Shown here: piece after piece, positions 1-12,600 of the stretch
Layout of the letters: every line of letters begins with the position of its first letter
Position numbering within the stretch: position 1 is the stretch's first letter
Assembly (NCBI GenBank): GCA_030141605.1
Contig: JAQGDQ010000884.1
Span: forward strand, 20,170-84,169
Direction: 5' to 3'
DNA from: Tubiluchus corallicola
Lineage: Eukaryota; Animalia; Priapulida
Length of the DNA: 64,000 bases
Notes under the pieces: model-generated
What the model was told of the DNA's origin: nothing
Database searches by the model: none
Seen by the model: the letters and a program-made list of their open reading frames with translations, nothing else
Program-made: the position numbers and the translations under genes

Positions 1-219
1 TTGATTAGCCTCGGTGCATTAAAGAAATTGAATAGATGAATGGTCATGGTGCATATTTGCGACCGAAGTTAAGCAGTACTGAATCTGGTTGGTGAAAGAA
101 TAATGGTCACCAGTAAAAACTGCATAAAAGTTTGGTAAATCTTTGTTACCTGCCGGCATAAATGGCTTCGTCTCGCGACATGTTTACCTAAAACAACGTT
201 GGAATTGTTATTTTTGCAG

Positions 220-307
220 GTTGTTGTCAATAATGGGAGAGGATGATCCGGACGTCGCTCGTGTCAAGGTTGCATTTCCTGTCACTCTCCTTATGGGAAA
301 GAAATAA
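220..307 (+). CDS. Terminal coding exon of an upstream tandem paralog of the SAM-dependent methyltransferase (rest of gene left of window)
   Basis: tttttgcag acceptor, then (E)[28 protein letters not shown]. Same 88-nt length and phase as exon 16632-16719 ([28 protein letters not shown]), with mostly synonymous differences. Confidence 0.85.
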
Positions 308-1202
308 TTTTAAGAAATAAAGTTTAAGGTAAGAGATGTCCTGTCCATTACTTTCACCAATACTAATATAAAGATAGCAACGATGTGTTAGATGGATTTA
401 GAGTCTGCTTATTTAAGATTCCAGATTGTTTTGAAAAGAAATTGATTAATTAAAATTGATAGAAGTTTAGACATTCCAGCACAGCCTATCTAGGAGGACA
501 TTCGGCATTAGGAGCCACGTCCTTCTCTCTTTCTCTCTCAACCTTTTTGGCTGATTTTTGAAAAACTTTCATGCGTAACAAATTTTGAACCAAAATTACA
601 TTGATGTCAAATAAGCCTGTTGTAGCTTTCTCATTAAAAAACTTACATTTTGATGGTCATTATACACTAGAAGTTTTATTTTAGAATATTAAAAACACTA
701 AAATTCTTTGGATTTATGGTACTGTTTGGCTTTAATATTCTCTAATGTCCCCCATACTTCTTGTTGTCCCCATGCTCCCCATACTTCTTATTCCACCCCC
801 CCATACTCCTCATACTTCTTGTTGCTCCCCATGGTCTCCATGCTTCTTGTTTTCCCCATGGTCCCCATACTTTTTGTCTCCTACCTTCTGTTTTAGTATC
901 GAAAGCTCGCATTTCTAAATAAATTTTTGCATTACTGAGTTTTGTGTGGAGTCTGTCTTCTATAGTAATCCCAGCATAATGGGTAAGACAGCAAACCTTT
1001 CCGCTGTACTCTAGAAAATTCCGTATTATCAGTAACATGCTGTCATTGTTATTATGATCAAAACTTTTTATTGTATCTATTATACAACAGCCGAGTGGTA
1101 CAAATTCAAAAAGACAAATTCATAATGTGTTATGGTGTTGGTGAACATGATTAAATGTAAAATACGAGGACTGTTTACATATTTATTTGTTTTCCTTTTG
1201 GT

Positions 1203-2156
1203 AATATATGTGAAAGTCATGTTTGAAGTTGTACATCACTCACTTTGTTATGATTGAGTTTAGGCACAGAAGTATGAACAAGAATAAAAAATCTATAATA
1301 CATATTTGCACTGCACACAACAGAAAAGTGTTTATTAAAACTACAGACACATGAGTAGCATGACTGCTGCACTGAACACTGAGAGTGAGAGAGAGTTAGA
1401 GTGTGAGAGTCTCCTGCACTGAACACTGAGAGTTAGAGAGTGTGAGCCTCCTGCACTGAACACTGAGAGTTAGAGTGTGAGAGTCTCCTGCACTGAACAC
1501 TGAGAGTTAGAGAGTGTGAGCCTCCTGCACTGAACACTGAGAGTTAGAGAGTGTGAGAGTCTCCTTCACTGAACACTGAGAGTTAGAGAGTGAGAGCCTC
1601 CTGCACTGAACACTGAGAGTTAGAGAGTGAGAGTCTCCTGCACTGAACACTGAGAGTTAGAGTGTGAGAGCCTCCTGCACTGAACACTGATAGTTAGAGA
1701 GTGAGAGTCTCCTGCACTGAACACTGAGTGTGAGAGAGTGAGAGTCTCCTGCACTGAACACTGAGAGTTAGAGTGTGAGAGTCTCCTGCACTGAACACTG
1801 AGTGTGAGAGTATGAGAGTGTCCTGCACTGAACACTGAGAGTGAGAGTCTCCTGCACTGAACACTGAGAGTTAGAGTGTGAGAGTCTCCTGCACTGAACA
1901 CTGAGAGTGAGAGAGTGAGAGTCTCCAACACTGAGAGTGAGAGCGACTAGAAAGCAAAACCAGTCAGTATATATAGGTATAGGTGACAGGCTTCACAACA
2001 ACCATTACTTTAAAATAGGGAGAGAACCAGTGAATATGCATTCACTGCACCATACAATTATACTGGGGGTAAGTCAGCTGGTAGAATGTAAGAGGATTAG
2101 CCCATAGATGGCAGCACCTAATTATAATGTACAATTCATTCCAACTTCCACAATAT
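1203..2156. mobile_element. Dispersed interspersed repeat carrying an internal minisatellite; inverted homolog at 57551-57988
   Basis: Flanks 1203-1385 and 1950-2156 match the reverse complement of 57551-57988 (e.g. cactttgttatgattgagtttag; gtaagtcagctggtagaatgtaa; tagatggcagcacctaatta). Confidence 0.75.
1367..1945. repeat. Minisatellite, ~29-37 bp unit (ctcctgcactgaacactgagagttagagtgtgagagt)
   Basis: About 16 tandem units with variable gaga/gtga spacers. Confidence 0.9.
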
Positions 2157-2574
2157 AAACTTATATTTATTTTAATGCATAAAAACTGCCTAGTTATGGT
2201 TATATCATTCAGTGACTATTTGTGTACAATTGTTTTTTCAGCTCGTATGGAAAACTAGGAACTGCGTCAGATGTGTACGAGTATGCCTTTTGTTACATCG
2301 TCGCAAAACTGTTGATTTATTTATAAACTGCAAACAATTTCACAGCTTATGAACCACAGTGCAAAACTGAATATCGTTTTCAAATCACTGTGGTCAGTAG
2401 ATTTGATAAGCTTTAAGTGTGATCAGTTACCTAGAGTTTGCGCAAACAATTCATTCTTTTTGATCGCCAAAAACCTGTGCTCATTTATGGTGTGTGTGTG
2501 TGCGCGTGTACTGTTTATGACTTCAGCTGTTTACATTCACAAGTGCAGAAGATGACAGCCTATTTTTGCTGCTT

Positions 2575-3170
2575 TTACAGTGTTCATTGTGGCACTTTAA
2601 CGCAGTTCATTTCAGTGGTTTTTGCACTGTTCAACGTGCAGATCTGCTTTGTTTTGTGCTGCACATTTCAGCAGTCAACGCAGCTCATTTCAGTGGTTTT
2701 TGCACTGTTCAACGTGCAGATCTGCTTTGTTTTGTGCTGCACATTTCAGCAGTCAACACAGCTCATTTCAGTGGCTTTTGCACTGTTCCTTGTGGCACTT
2801 TAATGCAGTTCATTTCAGTGGTTTTTGCACTGTTCTTTGTGGCACTTTAACACAGTTCATTTCAGTGGTTTTTGCGCTGTTCCTTGTGGCACTTTAACGC
2901 AGTTCATTTCAGTGGTTTTTGCACTGTTCAACGCGCAGATCTGCTTGGTTTTGTGCTGCACATTTCAGCAGTCAACACAGCTCATTTCAGTGGCTTTTGC
3001 ACTGTTCCTTGTGGCACTTTAACGCAGTTCATTTCAGTGGTTTTTGCACTGTTCTTTGTGGCACTTTAACACAGTTCATTTCAGTGGTTTTTGCACTGTT
3101 CAACGCGCAGATCTGCTTGGTTTTGTGCTGCACATTTCAGCAGTCAACACAGCTCATTTCAGTGGTTTCA
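2575..3170. repeat. Composite minisatellite with two alternating unit types sharing the core catttcagtggtttttgcactgttc
   Basis: Direct tandem repeats; source of the overlapping spurious ORFs at 2438-3349. Confidence 0.85.
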
Positions 3171-4874
3171 CACTGCTGTTTGAGACTAAGTCGACGTACA
3201 GTTATCTACAGTGGACATACAAAATTAGACTCGTGTCAGGATTACAATGTGAGGATTGTACTTTGTTGGTAGATTGTTCACATCAAGTTGCTAAAAGCAC
3301 TTTAGTGTTGTGCAATGCGCAATCCCAGCTTGTATCAGTAACTCATTAAGATAAGCAAGATAATTGTTATTAAGCTTATGTATTAAGCAGTGTAATTTAT
3401 TTGAGCTGCATGTGAAAATTCACTTATCTTCTCTTTTCTCCTTTAAATCAAGTAAAGACTTTATTTTACTTGTGAGAACTGGAAACCACAATTTTGTTAA
3501 ACATTAGTGAAATGGTGACTGTTATTGGTTTGTATCATTAATGTTCACATCAAGTAGATTGGTTGATTCCTTTTGTTAAAGATTTGGGCAAAATGTCTTT
3601 AGGAGAAGTAACTTCACTTAAATATTAAGCAACGTTGTTAACATTTTTTTGTCTGTTTGATAATTTGAATTGTGCTAAGACTGGGTTTTGTCTGTTTTAT
3701 AAGTTAAACTATGTTATTTAACTCAACCTCATTTGGAAATCATAAATGATTAAATGAGACAGTCTCTGTAACTTTATAATTCATTGAATGTAGTTTACAT
3801 TCATGCAAATCTCTGTCATGAGTATGATTTTTGCATTGTACGGTTGTTTCTTCTGTTTTGTGTCATTTCTAAAATGTTTGCAGGATAACTTTATTAACGC
3901 ATCATAAATACGATTCGTAAACTTCATCGTCTTGTATGTGTCTTGTGTCCGAGTGACCGTTTAGACATTTTAAGTTAGCGTTGCTTTTATGCATGGATAG
4001 AATTGATAAGACATGGATTTTCGTCAATGATATAGTCTTTATTTAAACTTGAATTTTGTTTTAAATACAAAAAAAAGCTGCAGCGTGTTAAATTTTCATA
4101 TGTGCTACAGGTTGACAATAAACAGTAATTGTTAACCACTCTGATTCTGGTACCTGTGGATCTACAGTAAAATACGCAAAAGTGTAAACGTGTTTTGACT
4201 CACATTTCAACTGCAGCAACTTGTACAGCTGTTATAGTAGATAACATTTTGACCAATGGCATGCCTGGGTTAGTGTTGTACTCCTGCAGGCACATTTAAA
4301 CAATAGAGTTTTACTAAATTTGCTGTACCATAGCACAGCAGCTAGACTATTGGCAACTGTATTTCAGTGTTATATACAGTTAACAAAGCAAATTTCTTTT
4401 AACTGTTAGACTACCGTTTAGAAGAACCATACAAATACAGACATTTTGCATTTTGTGTGTTTGTATCACTCTTATACTATAAAATTATATCATGTATTTT
4501 AACCAAACGGAAGTCAAAGTTACTTCTAATACTCTGCACATGTATTAATTATATTATTTATAATTATAATAATTATGTTTGTTATATAAATCATAATAGT
4601 GATAAGTATAACTGTCTGATTTTCTCCTATCGCAAAAAAAAATTACTCAAACTATCTGCAATCTCTAGTAGCCGAGAAAGTTTATACAATTGTCTACAGA
4701 GTTGCGTGGGAAAAAATCCTTGTCAGCCATGATTAACTGTGTTACTTTTTTTCCTTTACAGCTGAAGTGAGTCAGTTTTGAGCATAGAAACTTGCATTTT
4801 CGTAGACTCGTTCAAAAAAGAGTGCTAAATTTTATACGACTATTACAAGAACATTTATAATGCATAACTGTAGC

Positions 4875-5310
4875 GTGAAATTACTGCTGGGAAGGACCTG
4901 TCCTATACTGCAAATGTACATGGTTCTCTTGTGAAATTATGACTACATGGATCGATAGTGAAATTACTGCTGTGAAGGACCTGTCCTATACTGCAAATGT
5001 ACATGGTTCTCTTGTGAAATTATGACTACATGGATCGATAGTGAAATTACTGCTGTGAAGGACCTGTCCTATACTGCAAATGTACATGGTTCTCTTGTGA
5101 AATTATGACTCTACATGGATCGATAGTGAAATTACTGCTGTGAAGGACCTGTCCTATACTGCAAATGTACATGGTTCTCTTGTGAAATTATGACTCTACA
5201 TGGATCGATAGTGAAATTACTGCTGTGAAGGACCTGTCCTATACTGCAAATGTACATGGTTCTCTTGTGAAATTATGACTCTACTTGGATCGATGGTGAA
5301 ATTACTGCTC
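4875..5310. repeat. Tandem repeat, ~83-85 bp x5
   Basis: gtgaaattactgctgtgaaggacctgtcctatactgcaaatgtacatgg... repeated. Confidence 0.9.
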
Positions 5311-5679
5311 AAGAAGAATTTGCTATGAAATTTTGACTCTAGTCACTCCACATGAATTGGTTGGGAATTTACGAGTAAACTCAGAACGGTTGTGAAATTG
5401 TTGCATATCATCTATAAAGTTCTCAAGGTTTTGCTGAGACGTATGTGAACAACCGAAAAGTAAGCCTAGGTAATTATTCGAAATATGTGCAAAGTGTTTA
5501 ATGCTGAATATTTTATTGCTTGATACTTGCTGAAAGTGAGTTTCTGGACAGGATGACTTTCAGCAGTGAAATTGAACAATATCACGGTCACCTCTGCAAT
5601 CTAACATGCTTTATATGTGTACGGATCTCAAGCAGTACTTAATGTAAATCTTATATGTTAACATCACTTCAAACATCAT

Positions 5680-6213
5680 TTCTTCTCCTCTTTTCCTTCT
5701 TCCTATCCCTAATCTTACTATTTTTTCCATTCCATCATGTCTACTAACCCTAACCTTTCTTTCATGCACTCATCCTCCCCTCCATCCTTTCCTTCTTCCT
5801 ATCCCTAATTGTACTATTTTTTCCATTCCATCATGTCTACTAACCCTAACCATTCTTTCATTCACTCATCCTTCCTTCCCTTCTTTCTTCCTATCAAAAA
5901 TCTTACTATTTTTTTCCATTCCATCATGTCTACTAACCCTAACCATTCTTTCATTCACTCATGCTCCCCTCCCTTCCTTCTTCCGCTCCCTAATCTTACT
6001 ATTTTTTTCCATTCCATCATGTCTACTAACCCTAACCATTCTTTCATTCACTCATTTCTGCCACCTTAACAAGCCAGGCTTTCAAGGTGTCACACAGCAA
6101 CTCTTTTATTTGGTTATTTTGACTTCATCAACGTTTTTTACCTATACTGTTTCTTTTTGTTTCAATAATATTGTATGTTGATGTATTGTATATGTATTGC
6201 TGGAGTGAAATAA

Positions 6214-6255
<42 letters not shown>
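5680..6255 (+). mobile_element. Probable LINE 3' UTR remnant with internal ~100-bp pyrimidine-rich tandem repeats and an aataaa(ttga)n tail
   Basis: Four copies of ttccattccatcatgtctactaaccctaacc..., then aataaa followed by (ttga)n at about 6208-6255. Confidence 0.5.
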
Positions 6256-6553
6256 GTAGCAATAGTGATTGTGCTTTCGATGATTAATTTTTGCTGTACA
6301 GCTATTTAAACTCTGATTTTGTTGGAAGTGCTAATACGATAAATATATGTTTAATTTTATCAGTCATTTACATTTTTATTCCTCTTAGTGGTTGTGTGGT
6401 GCAGGCCCAATGTACTCCTTTGCTTGGCGGAGGGGGGGGGCATATAATGCTGTTAAGGTGGCCCTGATTATGTATACCTTGATGACTTGTTACTTTATTT
6501 TTTTCAGAGTTACTAAAATCAACAGCTTGCATTTCATTTGTAGACATTAGAGC

Positions 6554-6691
6554 ATGGATTGGTACATTAAGCTTTACGAAGGCTCAAGTTTCTCAGCCAC
6601 GTATGCAAGGTATCGGCCAAGCATGTCTGGTTGCCTTGTAAGAAAAATAATGGAATTTCTGGATGGTGATTTCAAGGCCGATTCAAAGAAC
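6554..6691 (+). CDS. Methyltransferase coding exon 1
   Basis: [10 protein letters not shown]...YARYRPS...ADSKN|gtaagt; an upstream acceptor at 6506-6507 implies 5' UTR exon(s). Confidence 0.8.
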
Positions 6692-9600
6692 GTAAGTAAA
6701 TCATTGGTTTTTTTTCTACTGACCATGTTTGTTAAAACATGCAACACTAATCAGAAAATACTTTTGACGTCTTAAATATTCTGTAATTAAAGTGCGTTAA
6801 TGACTGTCTTGCAAGTATCTCCCTGCCAGACCATCCGGTTCAAGAAAGATTGCGCATTTGCATTTTGATTACAGCACATGTTTCTGCTTAAGAACTTTCA
6901 AACGTAGTATTGAATCAACGAAATCAGTGCGGACCCTTTTTTATGCAAGAAAATTAGATTTCTTCCAATACAGGCCTTCACTTTAGAACAATTTCACTTT
7001 ATTTTACTTTGAACATGAAGGATTGAGATATCTGAGCATTGTTGTTCGATTCCTAAGTGAATTGAGAACCTATGTTAAGACTGTTTATGTTAAAACTTTA
7101 GTTAATCGGATTGGACGCCTTTGCTTTTCGAAGCCACAGCTGAAACCATGAAATTCTTTCAGTGTCTAAACATCTATAAGCGTTTTTCATTTTTTTCCCT
7201 AATTTTTCTGATTTTTTTGTTACATTTTAGATGAGCATAAAGAGCTCACGTAGTTCTCTTGTAATTTAATAATTTAAACCTGTAATTTTTTGCAGAAGAT
7301 ATTTGATCATGCCGTTGACGCTGGTTGCGGAACTGGTCAAAGCACCCGAGCTTTTGCTCCGTATTTTTCAAACATAACAGGTAGTCATATATGTGGCTTC
7401 TAGTAAATGAGCTTTTTACTTGCCCACCTTTGCTTTGAAATGTGAGTGTATCAATGTCAGTTTGTCTGATATCCTAATGTCTAGTAGTGAAGCATTAGTT
7501 TGCAAGGTAGGCGTAATGTATTTTAATCATTAGTGGTAAATTTTATTTGGGTTCATTGAAACATAAACTAAGCACGGTAGAGACTTTAATTGAAATCATA
7601 AAATTTGCTGAAAACCACTCAGACATGCTAGGACAAAGACAAGGACAGAAATCTTTTAAAAACCAACATCATAATAGTAACTCAACTGCAGTGGACCGTC
7701 TCCAGTGATATTACAGGCTATCAGTTATCATCATAATGTGTAACAATATTATCACAGTGCTTAACGACATGGGTAGGGTTAACATATTGTCTGAGAAGAA
7801 GACACTTTTTCGCACACTTGTAAGTAGACAAAAATGACCAGTCTAGGGTCTATTAAAACAATGTAAAATAAAATGCAAATTATAGTCACAAAGTCGCCTG
7901 CTTCTTCTTGGCTCTCAGAAGCAGTTACGCTTGAACTTGACTGAGCCAGAGGCTGAGATCAAGAATACTTTTTTCGACTGCACAAGGGTTGCATTTTGAG
8001 ATGTTAGCAACATCTTGTATTGAAAATTAACGAGCTTTTCTTTCTCTCGTACTATCGTACGCCTCTGCAGTTGGCAACATTCGTATATACTTACAAATTG
8101 AGGCAAAACCTGGACGAACCGCTGATTTTTTGAAAACTGACAAAAAAATTATGTTTCTGTGTGTCATTCTTTATCACCATTTAAGTCAGTCACCAAATAC
8201 GAAGCTCACTGGCTTAAAATGCTAAAAATATATGTAAGAATCACAAGTCTTGACCAACTATTTGTGTGACAAACTCAGTTTAACAACATTTCTGTATTCC
8301 TCTTCACTTTAATTGGTGGGGGCAATAAAACTTGCCAATTTATAATTGTTAGGGCTATAAAACTTGCCAATTTATAGGTGTTTGTGAAATACAACTTGCC
8401 AATTTATAATTGTTAGGGCTATAAAACTTGCCAATTTATAATTGTTAGGGCTATAAAACTTGCCAATTTATAGGTGTTTGTGAAATACAACTTGCCAATT
8501 TATAATTGTTAGGGCTATAAAACTTGCCAATTTATAATTGTTAGGGCTATAAAACTTGCCAATTTATAATTGTTAGGGCTATAAAACTTGCCAATTTATA
8601 ATTGTTAGGGCTATAAAACTTGCCAATTTATAATTGTTAGGGCTATAAAACTTGCCAATTTATAATTGTTAGGCATAAAACTTGCCAATTTATATGTTGG
8701 ATAAACTTGCCAATTTATAATTGTTAGGGCTATAAAACTTGCCAATTTATAATTGTTAGGGCTATAAAACTTGCCAATTTATAATTGTTAGGGCTATAAA
8801 ACTTGCCAATTTATAATTGTTAGGGCTATAAAACTTGCCAATTTATAGGTGTTTGTGAAATACAACTTGCCAATTTATAGGTGTTCTAAAGAAAGTATCT
8901 ATGCAGTCTTTAAAATTCATTAAATGATACGTGCATACTTTAATTATAAGCTCTTGTTCAGCTGCAACTTGGACGAGTGTTTATGTGTATAGCATTTTAT
9001 GATAAACCGTGTTTTATTTCACTCATTGACATTTACCTAAAGGTTTACGATGTTCTTTTTATTAATATGTTTTCAAGGTATTGACGTGAGTTCTAGTCAA
9101 GTAGAAGCTGCTCAACAAAATGAAACATTCAAGCATATTTCATATAGGTAAGTTTTTTTTTATTTCCTGACAGTTATGTTTGCTAACAGGTAACAACTGC
9201 TAATGATTTTTGTTAACATGTTGGTAATTAAATAGGTGATATTAATTACACGTCAGAAAACATTAAAACCAACATACGAACATGAAGATTTTATTTCACA
9301 TTATTTCTGTCATGCTTCGTTTTTGGATTATTGCTCTCATGTTACCTATTGTAGGCAAGTGTTCATTTAACAGTTTGCACACTTGGGCAGGCACAGGTGT
9401 GGTCATTGCCCTTTGTTGTAAGTCTAGTTACACTGAATTGTTGCAAGTTGTCAGCCTCATAATTTCCATGGGAATTTTTTCCAGTAGAAGATAATCAGTA
9501 TAAGTAAGAATGAGAACGAGGTGATCATATATACCACTGAAACATATAATTTTGAGAAAATCACTGTTAAAGTCAGCCATTGTTTTTTGTTGCATTTCTT

Positions 9601-12600
9601 GAAAACATTTGGCAAACGTACAAATGTTTGGTTTTTACAAAATACAAAAAATTGACATTTGACCAAATATTTGTGTCATTCTACTTTGAAGCATCATAAC
9701 GTAGTTTTAACTATGCCGACTTAAGGACAGTTTTGGTTTGCAAGCACACATGTTACTGGTCAAAGATGTCTTATTCAAGGCATTCGTGTCAAGTAACTTC
9801 AGAAAATTTAAAGCGAATTTAGAACATTAAAGCATGTGTCGTACGGCTATATTACTAGGTCAGGAATAGAAATTTGTGTGTGTAATAAATGACCTTAGAT
9901 GAGTGGTGGTTAAGCTTGCACCTTGAGGGATACCCCAAAAATTGTACTTCATGCTCATATTTTTGTGTAATAATTCATTTTGTATTTGCAGAGTTGGAAC
10001 GGCAGAAGAGCTGCCTTTTCTAGCAAACAGCATTGACTTAGTTAATACCACTCAGGCGGTGCACTGGTTTGATTTTTCAAATTTTTTCACTGAGGTGGAT
10101 CGGGTTTTGAAGCCTGGTGGGGTGTTGTCAATAAATACTTATGGTGTAGTGCCTCGCTTGTACAGCCTTACTGATGACAGCAAGTCCGCCAAGCTGACTG
10201 AAATCATGCAAAACGTATGTATGACAAATTATTTGTCTTTTCTTCACTGGTTTAGCAATTGTACTGGTTCTGAATATCACAAGTTTGTGCTATTCACCAG
10301 CTGGTTTTTACATACTGGTTGAGCATTTGTATTGGGTCTGAATATCCCAAGTTTGTGCAATTCACCAGCTGGCTTTTACATACTGGTTGAGCATTTGTAC
10401 TGGTTCTGAATATCACAAGTTTGTGCTATTCACCAGCCAGCTTTTACATACTGGTTGAGCATTTGTATTGGTTCTGAATATCACAAGTTTGTGCTATTCA
10501 CCAGCTGGTTTTTACATACTGGTTGAGCATTTGTATTGGTTCTGAATATCACAAGTTTGTACTATTCACCAGCCAGCTTTTACATACTGGTTGAGCATTT
10601 GTATTGGTTCTGAATATCCCAAGTTTGTGCAATTCACCAGCTGGCTTTTACATACTGGTTGAGCATTTGTACTGGTTCTGAATATCACAAGTTTGTGCTA
10701 TTCACCAGCTGGCTTTTACATACTGGTTGAGCATTTGTATTGGTTCTGAATACGTTTGTACTATTCACCAGCACACATACGGTGAGTGTATTGTTCGAAT
10801 ATCCCAAGTTTGTGCAATTCACCAGCTGTTACATCGGTTGAGCATTTGTACGGTTCTGAATATCACAAGTTTGTGCTATTCACCAGCTGGCTTTTACATA
10901 CTGGTTGAGCATTTGTATTGGTTCTGAATATCACAAGTTTGTGCTCTTCACTAGCTGGCTTTTACTTACTGGTTGAGCATTTGTATTGGTTCTGAATATC
11001 ACAAGTTTGTGCTCTTCACCAGCTGGTTTTTACATACTGGTTGAGCATTTGTATTGGTTCAGAATATCACAAGTTTGTACTATTCACCAGCTGGTTTTTA
11101 CATACTGGTTGAGCATTTGTATTGGTTGGTTCAGAATATCACAAGTTTGTACTATTCACCAGCTGGTTATTCGTTTAGAAAACAAGACAATATCTCACTA
11201 CCCTAGAACTTGAAAATTTTTTAAAATTTATGTTGAAATTTTTCTGTTTCCGGATGCTGTTGTTAAATTCCGGGTAATTCTTGATATATTGAAATATTTT
11301 ATTAGTTGAGGATTTTTCGTAAGACACCAAACATTTATATTGATGAGTGACTAATGATGTTTCAGATTCGTGTGAAGACGCTGAAAGATTATTGGGCTAA
11401 AGACAGAGACAAGCTAGATGAGTTTTACAATGAATTAGTGATTCCCTATGAAACTCAATGTGCATTCAGGTGAGAGCTTAGTGTCTACAATGTTTTCACA
11501 TTGTTCACAAAGTTAAGCAGTGCTAGGCCTAGTTAGTACATATACGAGTGACAGCCATATGAAGAATGTATCACCATTAAACCTTGGTTGAAACACCTCT
11601 GATGGTTCAGTGTTTCATCTTGGAGGCACATCCTGAATAATAAGCTGTGTCGACAGTGAGTATCTACATTTACCATTAAGTATTGGCTCCCAGCTAGCAG
11701 TGACTAGAAAGAAATCTAGAAATGACTATTGTGCCTGACTGTTGTTACCATCCCCAATGTATTTAAATTTTAGTACCAAACTTGGGAGACAAGAAATGGT
11801 AAAAAGTTGGGATACAGCCGGCATTTGAACTGGGGACATTTTCTTTACAATGCAGATGCTTTTGACCATTTGGACTCTGTGCCTCCCAGTGGTCAAAGCA
11901 GACAAAAGTTCATCACTTATAGCTAGTTTCCACGTCATTTGAAATAGTGGCATTTCCAAGCTCATATTTTTAAATAGTTCATGCAGTACATTGTCAAGAT
12001 TAGTGGTGACACCTTTTGGCAATTTTTGTTGTTAAAGGAGACAAAAGTCATAGCTGCTTCCATGACGATGCCATCATATACAGTACTTGTCATCAGTTAT
12101 GTAAGTAGCAGTGTCGTAACTGTTGTTGTTTTCAGAGATGACTGTAAACTTAGTGTCAAATTTGGTGATGAAGACGTTGTAACCATAGCAACTGTAGTAA
12201 ACTACTTATCATCTTTGACTTCTTATCATAACTATTTGAGGAAAACAATGGATACCGGATTACTCCTGAGAATTCAAAACGAGTAAATAAATCATTACCA
12301 TTTGAAACATAAACATAAACCACAAACATTCTAAATACTGACATTCAAAAGACTGACATTCTAAATACTGACATTCAAAAGATTGACATTCAAGACTGAC
12401 ATTTAAAAGACTGACATTCTAAATACTGACATTCAAAAGATTGACATTCAAGACTGACATTCAAAGACTGACATTCAAAAGACTGACATTCAAAGACTGA
12501 CATTCAAAAGTTTGACTTTCAAAAGATTGACATTCAAAGACTGACATTCAAAAGACTGATATTCAAAGACTGACATTTAAAAGACTGACATTCAAAGACA

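Noticed and set aside
5744-6036. ctaaccctaacc as telomeric repeat
   Set aside because: Only two units, embedded within a ~100-bp minisatellite monomer.
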